This document shows positions 1 to 8,481 of a DNA stretch of 58,855 nt, piece after piece. The stretch lies in NCBI GenBank assembly GCA_963847625.1, contig CAWKAR010000031.1:1-58855 (forward strand), read 5' to 3'. Both the position numbers and the translations under genes were made by a program. Numbering within the stretch: position 1 is the stretch's first letter; each line of letters starts with the position of its first letter. This DNA comes from a candidate division FCPU426 bacterium (GTDB lineage: Bacteria > Oederibacteriota > Muellerivitia > Muellerivitales > Muellerivitaceae). The notes beneath the pieces are model-generated. The model saw only the letters and a list, made by a program, of their open reading frames with translations. It searched no databases and was not told the DNA's origin.

Positions 1-1141
1 CTAGTGTAGTGCGTCCTAAATAACTTTACTTAACAAGAGATCTTGCCTATCATATTTGTAAATGAGGCACGCAGAAGCCATCGCTTTGTCACCGGAGGAA
101 CGCTCCACGTTGGATACATGGGCCACGGGGAGAAAACTTCCCTTACGGCTAGTCCAACGGGCCCGGATTATTCAAATGGCGGCCAATGGAGTTTTTAGCC
201 AGGAAATCGCCCGAAAATTGAAAATTTCCCGTCCCACTGTTCAACTGTGGAGGCAGAGGTTTCTGGCCCTACGATTGCCCGGATTGGAGAAGGACGCTCC
301 TCGTCCTGGCCGTATCCCCCGCATTCTTCAGAAACAAATCTCCGCAGTTATTGAAGCTACCCTTCACACAACCCCTGCCAACGCCACCCACTGGAGCACG
401 CGCAGCATGGCCAAAGCAAAGGGTCTCAGCGAAGCCACAATCCGAAGAATCTGGAAGCGGCACAACCTAAAACCACACTTAATCGAAACCTTCAAGCTCA
501 GCAAAGACAAGCGGTTCTTAGAAAAGTTCCACGATGTGGTGGGGCTTTATTTGAATCCACCCGACAAGGCGTTAGTTCTATGTGTGGACGAAAAGAGCCA
601 GATTCAGGCTTTGGATCGCACTCAACCTATGCTGCCATTGCGTCCGGGCATTCCAGCCCGTCAAACCCACGACTACAAACGCAACGGGACAACAACTCTG
701 TTTGCCGCTTTAAGTATGTTGGATGGCAAAGTCATCGGAGATTGTATGCCTCGGCACCGGCATCAGGAATTCATCCGTTTTTTGCAAATCATTGACGTCA
801 AGACACCTTCTGACTTGGCTTTGCATCTGATCGTGGACAACTACGGGACTCACAAACATCCCAGGGTCCAATCTTGGCTAAAACGCCACCCGCGATTCTG
901 CCTTCACTTCATTCCTACTTCCTCGTCCTGGCTCAACATGGTGGAGCGTTGGTTCCGCGAAATCACGGACAAACGGATTCGCCGTGGTTCCTTCAATAGC
1001 GTGCCGGATTTGATAGAGGCTATCAGGCAGTTCATTGAAGCCAATAACCAAAAACCGCACGTTTTTATGTGGACGGCTTCGGCAGAAAAAATCTTGGCCA
1101 AAATTACCAAATGTAAAGAAGCGTTAGACGCACTACACTAG
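1..1141 (+). mobile_element. IS630-family insertion sequence
   Basis: Perfect 15-bp terminal inverted repeats: CTAGTGTAGTGCGTC (1-15) and GACGCACTACACTAG (1127-1141). Both ends read CTAG, consistent with an IS630 TA target. Single transposase ORF inside. Confidence 0.93.
62..1141 (+). CDS. IS630-family DDE transposase, intact, 359 aa
   Basis: N-terminal HTH (QEIARKLKISRPTVQLWRQRF); motifs VLCVDEKSQIQAL, YKRNGTTTLFAAL, LIVDNYGTHK, SSWLNMVERWF. Stop codon lies in the right TIR. Confidence 0.95.
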   Translation: MRHAEAIALSPEERSTLDTWATGRKLPLRLVQRARIIQMAANGVFSQEIARKLKISRPTVQLWRQRFLALRLPGLEKDAPRPGRIPRILQKQISAVIEATLHTTPANATHWSTRSMAKAKGLSEATIRRIWKRHNLKPHLIETFKLSKDKRFLEKFHDVVGLYLNPPDKALVLCVDEKSQIQALDRTQPMLPLRPGIPARQTHDYKRNGTTTLFAALSMLDGKVIGDCMPRHRHQEFIRFLQIIDVKTPSDLALHLIVDNYGTHKHPRVQSWLKRHPRFCLHFIPTSSSWLNMVERWFREITDKRIRRGSFNSVPDLIEAIRQFIEANNQKPHVFMWTASAEKILAKITKCKEALDALH

Positions 1142-1197
1142 TTCCCGAGTTCCCGTGGTTCCAGAGTTCCCGGGTTCCCGAATTCCATGGTTCCAGG
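1141..1197. repeat. Degenerate octamer tandem repeat, 7 units, consensus GTTCCCGA
   Basis: gttcccga/gttcccgtg/gttccaga/gttcccgg/gttcccga/attccatg/gttccagg read directly. Confidence 0.8.
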
Positions 1198-1467
1198 CCA
1201 AAAGATCCATATCGAACAACTAACTGGGGTCGCCATGCCGACTCTCCATATCCATCTTAAAGGATGTCGGTATTGTCCCGATATCCCATTAAGGTTCTTA
1301 TTAAAACCGGGACACGCTCCTTTTCGCGCCGATTGGCGCATGTGCTCGCGATGACAGTTAAAAAAAAGCCTTTCAGTTATAACGGTCTTGTGTACTGGCC
1401 CATTCGCCTCCCGTTGGGTTATCTCCTTGCGATGACAACAGAGGGCGGTATCGCGCAAACCGATAAG

Positions 1468-1483
1468 TGGCACGTTTCATGCC
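1468..1483 (+). promoter_or_regulatory. Possible sigma54 -24/-12 promoter
   Basis: TGGCACGTTTCATGCC: GG-N10-GC spacing with TGGCAC match; ATGC instead of TTGC at -12. Confidence 0.3.
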
Positions 1484-1829
1484 CGTAGGCGGCTAGGCTG
1501 AAAGCCAATTTTGAGTTTTTAATTCTAAATTTTGGTTAATCGATGAATGATTCGGTAATCGAGGCACTCCACCGGGTGGGTTGAGGCCCCGGGGTTCGGA
1601 CTGTGTTTTGAGCCTGGTTTGGTTTCATTCGTCCGGGCACATTAAACGTTTTCTGAAAGCGTTCAACACCAGGGACCAGGAAAACGTGCTTCCCATTTAA
1701 AGTCCCTTTCCCCTTCTTTTCTCCGCGCCCCGGTGCTAATTTTAAATTGAAGGAAGAAGATTTTCCTGACGACAACCTACTTTCGCCCGCTTGAAATACG
1801 GCATCATTCCCGACCCCCAGGAGGAGAAT

Positions 1830-3908
1830 ATGCGGAATCTTCAAGCGGCTCCCATCCCCGATTCCCACAAGATGCTTTTCCCGCAGCTCATCCGCGATTT
1901 CCGAACCGCGCTTAGTTACGTTTCTTTTTATTCCCTCGAAAGCCCCTTCGTCCAACAGGCCGTGCAGAAACTGCACAAGGGTTTACTGCGCCTCCTGATG
2001 GGGGTGGGGACCGTCGTGATCCGCGCGCAGGGCGGGAGCCTTTTCCTGAATGACACGGATTTTTCCGAATGCGACGAACTCCGGAAGGATTTGGAGGATA
2101 AGGAAATCCCGGGCCTGGTGTTGGACCGCGGCCTTTCGCAGGGGGAGTTGATCCGCTGGATCAAGCACCTCACCCTTCCCGTTTCCCGCCTGGAGGATGA
2201 ACCGGATCAAGGCGGCCCCACGAATCTCCGCGCGCTTTTATTGGAGGAAACGGTCCTGATCCAGGCGGCCGAGGCCGAACCCGTCCGGTCCGAGGCGCCA
2301 ACCGGGACGGACTTGGACAAGCTCATGGAGCCCGCGCCGCCGGTGACGAGCGGGACGGAGCATCTTCCGGGAGAAGCGGTGTACGCCGGGGGAAACACCG
2401 CCCCCCTCCAGGCTTCCATGTCGATCCCGGTGAACGAGGCCCTGCTGAGTTTCATCGCGGAAGCCTGGCAGCACGCCCAAACCCAGAGAAAAATGGTGGA
2501 CACTTCCGTGGAGATGACCACCCTGGCCCAGTCCTTTGAAAAACTCTTTGACCGGCTGCTGGACCGGGTGGAGAAAACATCCCCCGAATTCGCGGGCATC
2601 TGCCAGTGGTTCAAGGCGGACCCGGGGGAATTCCTGGAAAAGCAGACCGTGTCTGCCATGTACCCCCTGCTGGAAACGGCGGTCCGGAACAGCTGGACCG
2701 CGGTGTTATTCGACCCCGCCACCGAGGGCCTGGTGGGGGAGTGCCTGGCCCAATGGGGCGCGCAAGGAAAGAATGAATTGGTGGAAAAAACCGTGATCGG
2801 CCTCACCGAGGGTTTCGCGGGCGACCCGCTGGAAAGGGAGCTCGCGCTCACGCACTTGATGGACGCCAGGCCCTGGATCTCCAACAGCGCGCTCCTGGAA
2901 ATAGCGCTGGAACGCCTGAACGCCCTCCTGGCCAACGAAAGCTTCCCCGGGCTTTACCAGAGCGCCCTCCTGCTGGCCTGGGACCTGACGGAACCCGCAT
3001 TGGCGAACGGCAACGAAACCGCCGTATTGACTTTGCTTTCCACGCTTCATTTCCACGCCGACGAGGATTTAACCTCCTTCCCCGAGAGGTCCCGCATCGC
3101 CCGGCACTGGCTCTTCGAGCGTTCCACGCCCGAAATGATCCGGCGTTTCGTGCGCTGCGCCCACCGGGCGGGAAAGCTCAACCATTATCCCCTCCTGGGG
3201 GACATGGCCGCGAAGATTCTGATTTCGGATTATTTCGCGGCTTCCCCTTCCGAAAAGGCGGGATTCCTCCCGTTATTTTCGGAAATGAGGGACTCCATCA
3301 CCAATGCCCTGGCCGAGACCCTTCCCGACTTGAAAGAAGAGGAGGAGGTCCGGGCCTTGATTCCCATCGTGAGGGCCAGCGGTTTGGACGCGGCTCTCTC
3401 CTTCCAATTCTGCCCCTGGCTGGGCAAGGGAAGCCGGGAATTGAAGCAGGACCTGATCAGCATGATCGAGGAGGTGAAGGAACCGGGAGGGGGGCCGGCG
3501 CTTCGTCTGGCCTTGTTCGACGACTCGGAAGAAATCGCCGCCATGGCGGCGCGGGTGACGGGCAAGATCGGGTTCAAGCCGGCCCTGCCGGTTTTAGTGA
3601 AAGCGGCCAAGATCCGGGAAAGCCATTTCCCGAACAACGACCTGTTCCTGGCGTCCGTCTGCCAGGCCCTGGGGGATTTGGGCGGCCCCGAAGCGATGCC
3701 GATTCTCCAGGACATCGCCCGGAAGAAACCACTTTTACGGGGCCGGACCTGCGCCTTGTCCGTCAGGCTCGCGGCGATCCAAGCCTTGACCCGGTTGAAC
3801 AAGCCTGAGGCATGGCAGTTCGTGGAATCGCTGATGGAGGAAAAGAACCCGCAGTTGCAGGAAGGGTTGGAGAAGATCCTCCAGGACAAGACGGATTATT
3901 CAGCCTGA
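1830..3908 (+). CDS. Large alpha-helical protein with C-terminal HEAT/PBS-lyase-like repeats
   Basis: ATG at 1830 preceded by AGGAGGAG; HEAT-like units EIAAMAARVTGKIG, VCQALGDLGGPEAMPILQDI, VRLAAIQALTRLNKPEA. Confidence 0.75.
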   Translation: MRNLQAAPIPDSHKMLFPQLIRDFRTALSYVSFYSLESPFVQQAVQKLHKGLLRLLMGVGTVVIRAQGGSLFLNDTDFSECDELRKDLEDKEIPGLVLDRGLSQGELIRWIKHLTLPVSRLEDEPDQGGPTNLRALLLEETVLIQAAEAEPVRSEAPTGTDLDKLMEPAPPVTSGTEHLPGEAVYAGGNTAPLQASMSIPVNEALLSFIAEAWQHAQTQRKMVDTSVEMTTLAQSFEKLFDRLLDRVEKTSPEFAGICQWFKADPGEFLEKQTVSAMYPLLETAVRNSWTAVLFDPATEGLVGECLAQWGAQGKNELVEKTVIGLTEGFAGDPLERELALTHLMDARPWISNSALLEIALERLNALLANESFPGLYQSALLLAWDLTEPALANGNETAVLTLLSTLHFHADEDLTSFPERSRIARHWLFERSTPEMIRRFVRCAHRAGKLNHYPLLGDMAAKILISDYFAASPSEKAGFLPLFSEMRDSITNALAETLPDLKEEEEVRALIPIVRASGLDAALSFQFCPWLGKGSRELKQDLISMIEEVKEPGGGPALRLALFDDSEEIAAMAARVTGKIGFKPALPVLVKAAKIRESHFPNNDLFLASVCQALGDLGGPEAMPILQDIARKKPLLRGRTCALSVRLAAIQALTRLNKPEAWQFVESLMEEKNPQLQEGLEKILQDKTDYSA

Positions 3909-3926
3909 AACGGGGGTAGAGTAGAA

Positions 3927-3969
3927 AACGCTCGGCGGGTGAATGGCCCCCGCCGGGCGTTATTTTTTT
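3927..3969 (+). terminator. Intrinsic terminator after HEAT-repeat gene
   Basis: AACGCTCGGCGGG-loop-CCCGCCGGGCGTT followed by a T run. Confidence 0.75.
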
Positions 3970-3989
3970 AACCTTCCAAACAAAACAAA

Positions 3990-5044
3990 CCCGAGTTCCA
4001 TAAGTAAGTGCAACACTTAGTGTCTGAAGAAGGCCGCATGAATAGGATATGCGGCTATGAAAAAGAAATACAAGCATTTAAGCGTTGAAGAAAGAGATCA
4101 TTTATCCGTCTTGAAAGGAAAGGGTCTTAGCCTTCGAGCAATTTCACGCGCCTTGAAGAGGTCTCCTTCCACCCTCTCCAGGGAACTCAAGCGCAATGCT
4201 CCCCCTATCCGTTCTGGTTATTATCTTTCTCATCGAGCCCATCAACGGTATGTTGACCGCAACCAACAACGAGCACGCCGTTTACGCCTGAAAACAAAAC
4301 GAATTCGTGCCTACGTCCGTCGTCAATTGAAACGAGGCTGGTCTCCAGAACTCATTTCAGGTCGATTAGGTCACCTACGGCCTAAGCAAACCATTGGTCC
4401 TGAAGCTATCTATCAGTGGGTTTATGCTGAAGCCACTGAGCTGATTCCTTGCCTAGTTCGACACCACCGGCGACGATTCTCATTTGGCCATAGCCGTAAG
4501 CACGCCAAAAACCATATCCCAGGCCGTGTTTCCATCGATAAGCGCTCCGAGATCGCCAATCAACGCAAGCAATTCGGCCATTGGGAAACCGACACCATGG
4601 TCTCTCGTCAGAGTAAAGTGGCTATGCGGGCTCTCGTCGAGCGTCAAAGCCGTTTTTCCAAGTTGGGAAAGCTCAAACGAAAGACCGCTCGCCAAATGAG
4701 TCATAGCCTCAACCGCGCTTTATGCCGCTTCCCTCAAGACGCCCGCCTGAGTCTGACCTATGACAACGGAACCGAAAACACCAACCACTTGGAAACCAAC
4801 CACGTGCTTGGTACAAAATCCTTTTTCTGCGCCCCTTTCCACAGTTGGGAAAAAGGTACGGTGGAAAATACTATCGGTCTTGTCCGCCGCCATTTGCCTA
4901 AAAAGACTGATCTTGCTAAAGTGTCCTTCAAAGAATTCAGGACCATAGAAAGATGGCTCAATAACAGGCCCAGGAAATGTTTGGGCTTTAAAACTCCGGC
5001 GGAAGTCTTCCGGCGAAGTGTTGCACTTACTCCGTGAATTCGGC
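3990..5044 (+). mobile_element. IS30-family insertion sequence
   Basis: Imperfect ~28-bp TIRs (3991-4018 and 5016-5043) with shared core AGTAAGTGCAACACTT; flanked by an AAA/CAAA duplication. Confidence 0.9.
4057..5037 (+). CDS. IS30-family transposase
   Basis: YKHLSVEER..HTH (SPSTLSRELKRN), WSPELISGRL, FGHWETDT, LTYDNGTEN, SWEKGTVENTIGLVRR, LNNRPRKCLGFKTP. Confidence 0.95.
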   Translation: MKKKYKHLSVEERDHLSVLKGKGLSLRAISRALKRSPSTLSRELKRNAPPIRSGYYLSHRAHQRYVDRNQQRARRLRLKTKRIRAYVRRQLKRGWSPELISGRLGHLRPKQTIGPEAIYQWVYAEATELIPCLVRHHRRRFSFGHSRKHAKNHIPGRVSIDKRSEIANQRKQFGHWETDTMVSRQSKVAMRALVERQSRFSKLGKLKRKTARQMSHSLNRALCRFPQDARLSLTYDNGTENTNHLETNHVLGTKSFFCAPFHSWEKGTVENTIGLVRRHLPKKTDLAKVSFKEFRTIERWLNNRPRKCLGFKTPAEVFRRSVALTP

Positions 5045-5250
5045 AAATTCCAGGAACAAAGATAATAAAAATAAGGGATTTTTATGTCTGAAAGACGTAA
5101 AGCAAAACCTAGCGCTTTGCCACGGATACATGGGATTCATGGGATTTTCTTAAAATTGAGACTTTAAAAAATATAAATGATTTTTATGAATGTTTTGCCT
5201 ATCTAATGTATCCCCTGAATCCGTGGCTAGGCATTTTTTTGGAAAGATGT
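5045..5250. repeat. Copy 1 of a ~215-bp AT-rich direct repeat; its first ~12 bp were displaced to 3978-3989 by IS30
   Basis: Near-identical to 5640-5845; internal inverted arms 5119-5140 / 5206-5227 pair at 19 of 22 positions. Confidence 0.92.
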
Positions 5251-5306
5251 AATTTGAATTCTATCCCTTCAAAGTCACTTGTTCCCAGCCAAAAAGATGA
5301 ATCCGG

Positions 5307-5543
5307 TTACCGCCCGCTGCCCATGACTTCGCCGGCGGCCTCGGAGCCTTGGACCGCCTGGGCTGCGGGCGAGGCCGCGATGGGCTTCCCCCCGTTCAAG
5401 GGAGGGGCGGAAGTACCGTTGATGGGGCCTAAAAATCCGAAGTACTTCAGGGCGTAATAGCCGCCCCCGACGAGGATGGCGATCAATACCAAAGTCTGGA
5501 AGACCCCTCCTCTCTCGTTATTAACTAAATTTGAGGTTGTCAT
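5307..5543 (-). CDS. Small single-TM protein with prepilin-like N-terminus
   Basis: GGAGGG Shine-Dalgarno before ATG; NNERG-G followed by hydrophobic VFQTLVLIAILVGGGYYAL; Pro/Ala-rich tail. Confidence 0.6.
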   Translation of the reverse strand: MTTSNLVNNERGGVFQTLVLIAILVGGGYYALKYFGFLGPINGTSAPPLNGGKPIAASPAAQAVQGSEAAGEVMGSGR

Positions 5544-5630
5544 GTCGCCCTCCGATGGAAATGGGTTGATAAAGGATCATACCATTTAACCCGCCCCATT
5601 CCGAGCGCCGCCCCGCAATAACAGCTGTTT

Positions 5631-5845
5631 AAATAAAACAAAATCCAGGAACAAAGATAATAAAAATCAGGGATTCTTATGTCTGAAAGACGTAAAACAA
5701 AACTACGTCTTGGCCACGGATGCATGGGATTCATGGGATTTTCTTAAAATTGAGACTTTAAAAAATATAAATGATTTTCATGAATGTTTTGCCTATCTAA
5801 ATGTATCCCCTGAATCCGTGGCTAGGCATTTTTTTGGAAAGATGT
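5631..5845. repeat. Copy 2 of the ~215-bp direct repeat with REP-like hairpin
   Basis: Direct alignment with copy 1; GCCACGGAT...ATCCGTGGC arms. Confidence 0.92.
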
Positions 5846-5915
5846 TTTCTCCTATACATTTAAAAAAAATTAAGGGGTTTATTTTTATCCGAAACTCCGT
5901 ATTCTGGTCCCACCC

Positions 5916-6794
5916 ATGAAACTTTCACCCGTTTTAAACCCAAAAATCCCGTCTTTCCTGGTCAACCCCCATCCTAAGCATTTCTTCCGGGAGGCCATCC
6001 AGAAACTTCCCATGAACGGAGTCCACACCATTTGCGAGGAAGCCCAGTGCCCCAACCGCGGGGAATGCCTTCCCAGGCATGGAACCATTTCGATCATGGT
6101 CATGGGGTCGGTTTGCACCCGGGGGTGCCCCTTTTGTTCGGTGACAACCGGAAGGCCCCTGCCCCTGGATCCGGAAGAACCCCGAAAGGTGGTGGGGATC
6201 GCCAAAGCGCTGGGGGTGCGCTACCTGGTCATGACCTCGCCCAACCGGGACGAACTTCCGGATGGGGGCGCTTTCCAATACACGAGGATTGTGGCGGCCC
6301 TGAGGGCGGAATTACCCGCCGTAAGGATCGAGATCCTCGCGCCGGATTTCCAGGGCAAAAAAGACTCCTTTGAAATCCTCTTAAAAAATCCACCGGATGT
6401 CTTAGCCCATGATTTACAAACCGTGCCGAGGCTTTACGGGCCTATCCGCCCCGGGGCGGATTACGAAAGGTCATTGGGTTTTTTCCGGTGGTTCAAAGGC
6501 AACGCCGGCCCTTCCCGGGTGACTCTCAAAGGAGGGCTTATGGTGGGCTTCGGGGAAAGGGAAGAAGAGGTAGTGGAGGTGCTTGCCGACGCCGCAAAAG
6601 CCGGCGCGAGATTCTTCACCCTGGGGCAATACTTGAAACCTCCCGGTTCCGGCCTGGAAGTGGCCGAATATGTTCCCCTGGAACGGTACCGGCTCTGGAC
6701 CGAGGCTGGTGAAAAAATGGGGCTTTCCATCCAAGCTTCCCCCTTGACCCGTTCCAGCTACCTGGCCGAGCGCCTCGCGAATCAAGATCTTTAA
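5916..6794 (+). CDS. lipA: Lipoyl synthase (radical SAM)
   Basis: CEEAQCPNRGEC auxiliary-cluster motif, CTRGCPFC radical SAM motif, GQYLKP, C-terminal RSSY. Confidence 0.93.
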   Translation: MKLSPVLNPKIPSFLVNPHPKHFFREAIQKLPMNGVHTICEEAQCPNRGECLPRHGTISIMVMGSVCTRGCPFCSVTTGRPLPLDPEEPRKVVGIAKALGVRYLVMTSPNRDELPDGGAFQYTRIVAALRAELPAVRIEILAPDFQGKKDSFEILLKNPPDVLAHDLQTVPRLYGPIRPGADYERSLGFFRWFKGNAGPSRVTLKGGLMVGFGEREEEVVEVLADAAKAGARFFTLGQYLKPPGSGLEVAEYVPLERYRLWTEAGEKMGLSIQASPLTRSSYLAERLANQDL

Positions 6795-6958
6795 CTAACT
6801 CGACTTTGACAAATCTTTAAAGACGCGTCGTGAACTTCAATTCCCCCTGATAAACGTCAGATCATCGCTAACCGTTAAAAACGTCACATCATTGATGACT
6901 GCCTCTTTAGAAGGAGTAAAAATTATACTCATGAACATCTCTTGAAAGGGAGGTATTC

Positions 6959-8129
6959 ATGAAGGAGGAAGCGCAAAAAGAACGCATTTTAGCTGTGGAA
7001 AAGTACCAAAAGGGTGAAAGTCCCACCGCCATCTGTAGAGCCTTGGGGCATTCCAAATTTTGGCTCTACAAATGGCTGAAGCGTTATAAGACCAAAAAAA
7101 AAGGCTTGGTACGTCGAGGGATCGAAAGCCCGGCAACGCTATCCGGATCGCACGAAGGAGGAAATTGAAAAGGCCGTTCAGATGGTTCGTCTCCAACTCT
7201 ACAACCAGGGGGTGTTTTGCGGAACGCAAGCCATACTGGGTGAGTTGGCGGACCTGGGGATTCAATCGCTTCCATCGCCCAGTACTGTGGACCGAATCCT
7301 GAGGCGCAATCAACTGACCCATCGAAGGACGGGGCGGTATTTTGCCAAAGGAACGCCCTATCCAAAGCTTTCAGGACATGCTGTGAATGAGGTGCAGCAA
7401 GCGGACTGGGTGGGAGCGAATTACCTTTTGGGAGGACCTCGGTTTTACAGTTTGAACGCAGTGGACCTGGCCACGGGACGTTGTGGAATCCAACCGTCGT
7501 TGGGAAGGGATGGGCAGAGCGTTTTTAACGCATTCTGGGCCATTTGGAGGCGTTTGGGAATCCCCCAGAACCTCCAGGTGGATAACGCCGAGGAGTTTTA
7601 TGGAAGTCCGAAGTATCCGAGGGGAATGGGGCCTTTAATCCGGCTTTGCCTGCATCAGGGCATTGAATTGTGGTTCATTCCACCGGCAGAGCCCTGGCGC
7701 AACGGAGTGGTGGAAAAGTTCAACGACCACTACGAACAAAAATTCCTGGGGAAAGTGAACCTGAGACCGGGAAAGGCTCTGTGGACGAAATCTCTCGGGT
7801 TCGAGAACAAACACAACAGCCGGTACCGCTACAGCAAGCTCAAGGGCAGGACGCCTTTACAGGCCCTGGAAGGATTGGGGGAGAAGCCGAGATTTCCTTA
7901 CGAAACCCAACCACCCCAACATCCGTTGTCCAAACCGACGAGTGGGAAATACCACTTGGTTCGGCTGATACGGAGCAACCACCGGTTGAACATGTTCGGA
8001 GAGATGTTCGAAGTGCCTAAAAGTCTAACCCATGAGTATGTAGTGGGGACAGTAGATGTTCGAAGGCAGAAACTAGAACTGTTCCATGATGGCTTGAAGG
8101 CGGAGGAGTACGATTACAAACTGCGGTAG
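6959..8129 (+). pseudogene. IS481-like (HTH + rve integrase core) transposase split by a frameshift in an A9 run at 7094-7102
   Basis: HTH ORF 6959-7168 joins ORF 7182-8129 if one A is removed (..TKKKAWYVEGSKARQRYPDRTKEEIEKAVQMVR..). DDE motifs QADW, QVDNAEEF, NGVVEKFN. Confidence 0.85.
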
Positions 8130-8140
8130 AAAGAGGTTGT

Positions 8141-8167
8141 CCCAGGAGGGCTAAGAGCCCTCCTGGG
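8141..8167 (+). other. Perfect 12-bp stem-loop inside the right end of the IS
   Basis: CCCAGGAGGGCT-AAG-AGCCCTCCTGGG just after the transposase stop; no clear U tract. Confidence 0.7.
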
Positions 8168-8221
8168 GAGTTATCGATGATGTGACGTATCATTAAGTCA
8201 TCGATGATCTGACGTTTATCA

Positions 8222-8319
8222 CCCCCCTTTGAAAAAGGGGGATAGGGGATATTAGCCTTTGGCAAAGCAGCAAGAAAAGACTAACTCCCCCTTATTCCCC
8301 CTCTTTCAGAGGGGGAGAT
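8222..8319. repeat. Inverted pair of REP-like palindromes (REPIN/BIME-like doublet)
   Basis: CCCCCTTTGAAAAAGGGGGATAGGGG and, inverted, CCCCCTTATTCCCCCTCTTTCAGAGGGGGAG. Confidence 0.8.
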
Positions 8320-8481
8320 GTAATGCATCTAGACTGAATTTGCCAAAGTCGAGTAATTAAAATGTTTAATTGTCAACGACTCTTCGCTAGGGTGCGAAGT
8401 GTTTTGTTTGGTGCGAAGCACCACTCTGGTGAAAGCTTCTTTAGTTCTAAATAACTTTTCAATATTGGATAAAATCCACCT

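Larger units (their letters stand above)
6848..8221 (+). mobile_element. IS481-like insertion sequence with TG...CA ends
   Basis: Perfect 20-bp TIR TGATAAACGTCAGATCATCG, a second internal copy of the binding motif at each end, and a 5-bp CCCCC duplication (6843-6847 / 8222-8226). Confidence 0.9.

Noticed and set aside
1440..1510. c-di-GMP-I riboswitch (GCAAACC, GGCTGAAAGCC)
   Set aside because: The required P2 GAAA-tetraloop and GACGCAAAGC architecture could not be assembled in the right order.
5084..5167. Conserved small peptide (MSERRK...) in the 215-bp repeat, e.g. a type I toxin
   Set aside because: The second copy changes frame after about 8 codons, so the peptide is not conserved.
6959..7200. 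IS3-type programmed -1 frameshift (OrfA/OrfB)
   Set aside because: The frames require +1 (loss of one A), not -1.
1..8221. Composite transposon carrying lipA or the HEAT gene
   Set aside because: The flanking ISs are different families, and the IS30 and IS481-like elements each have their own target duplication, indicating independent insertions.
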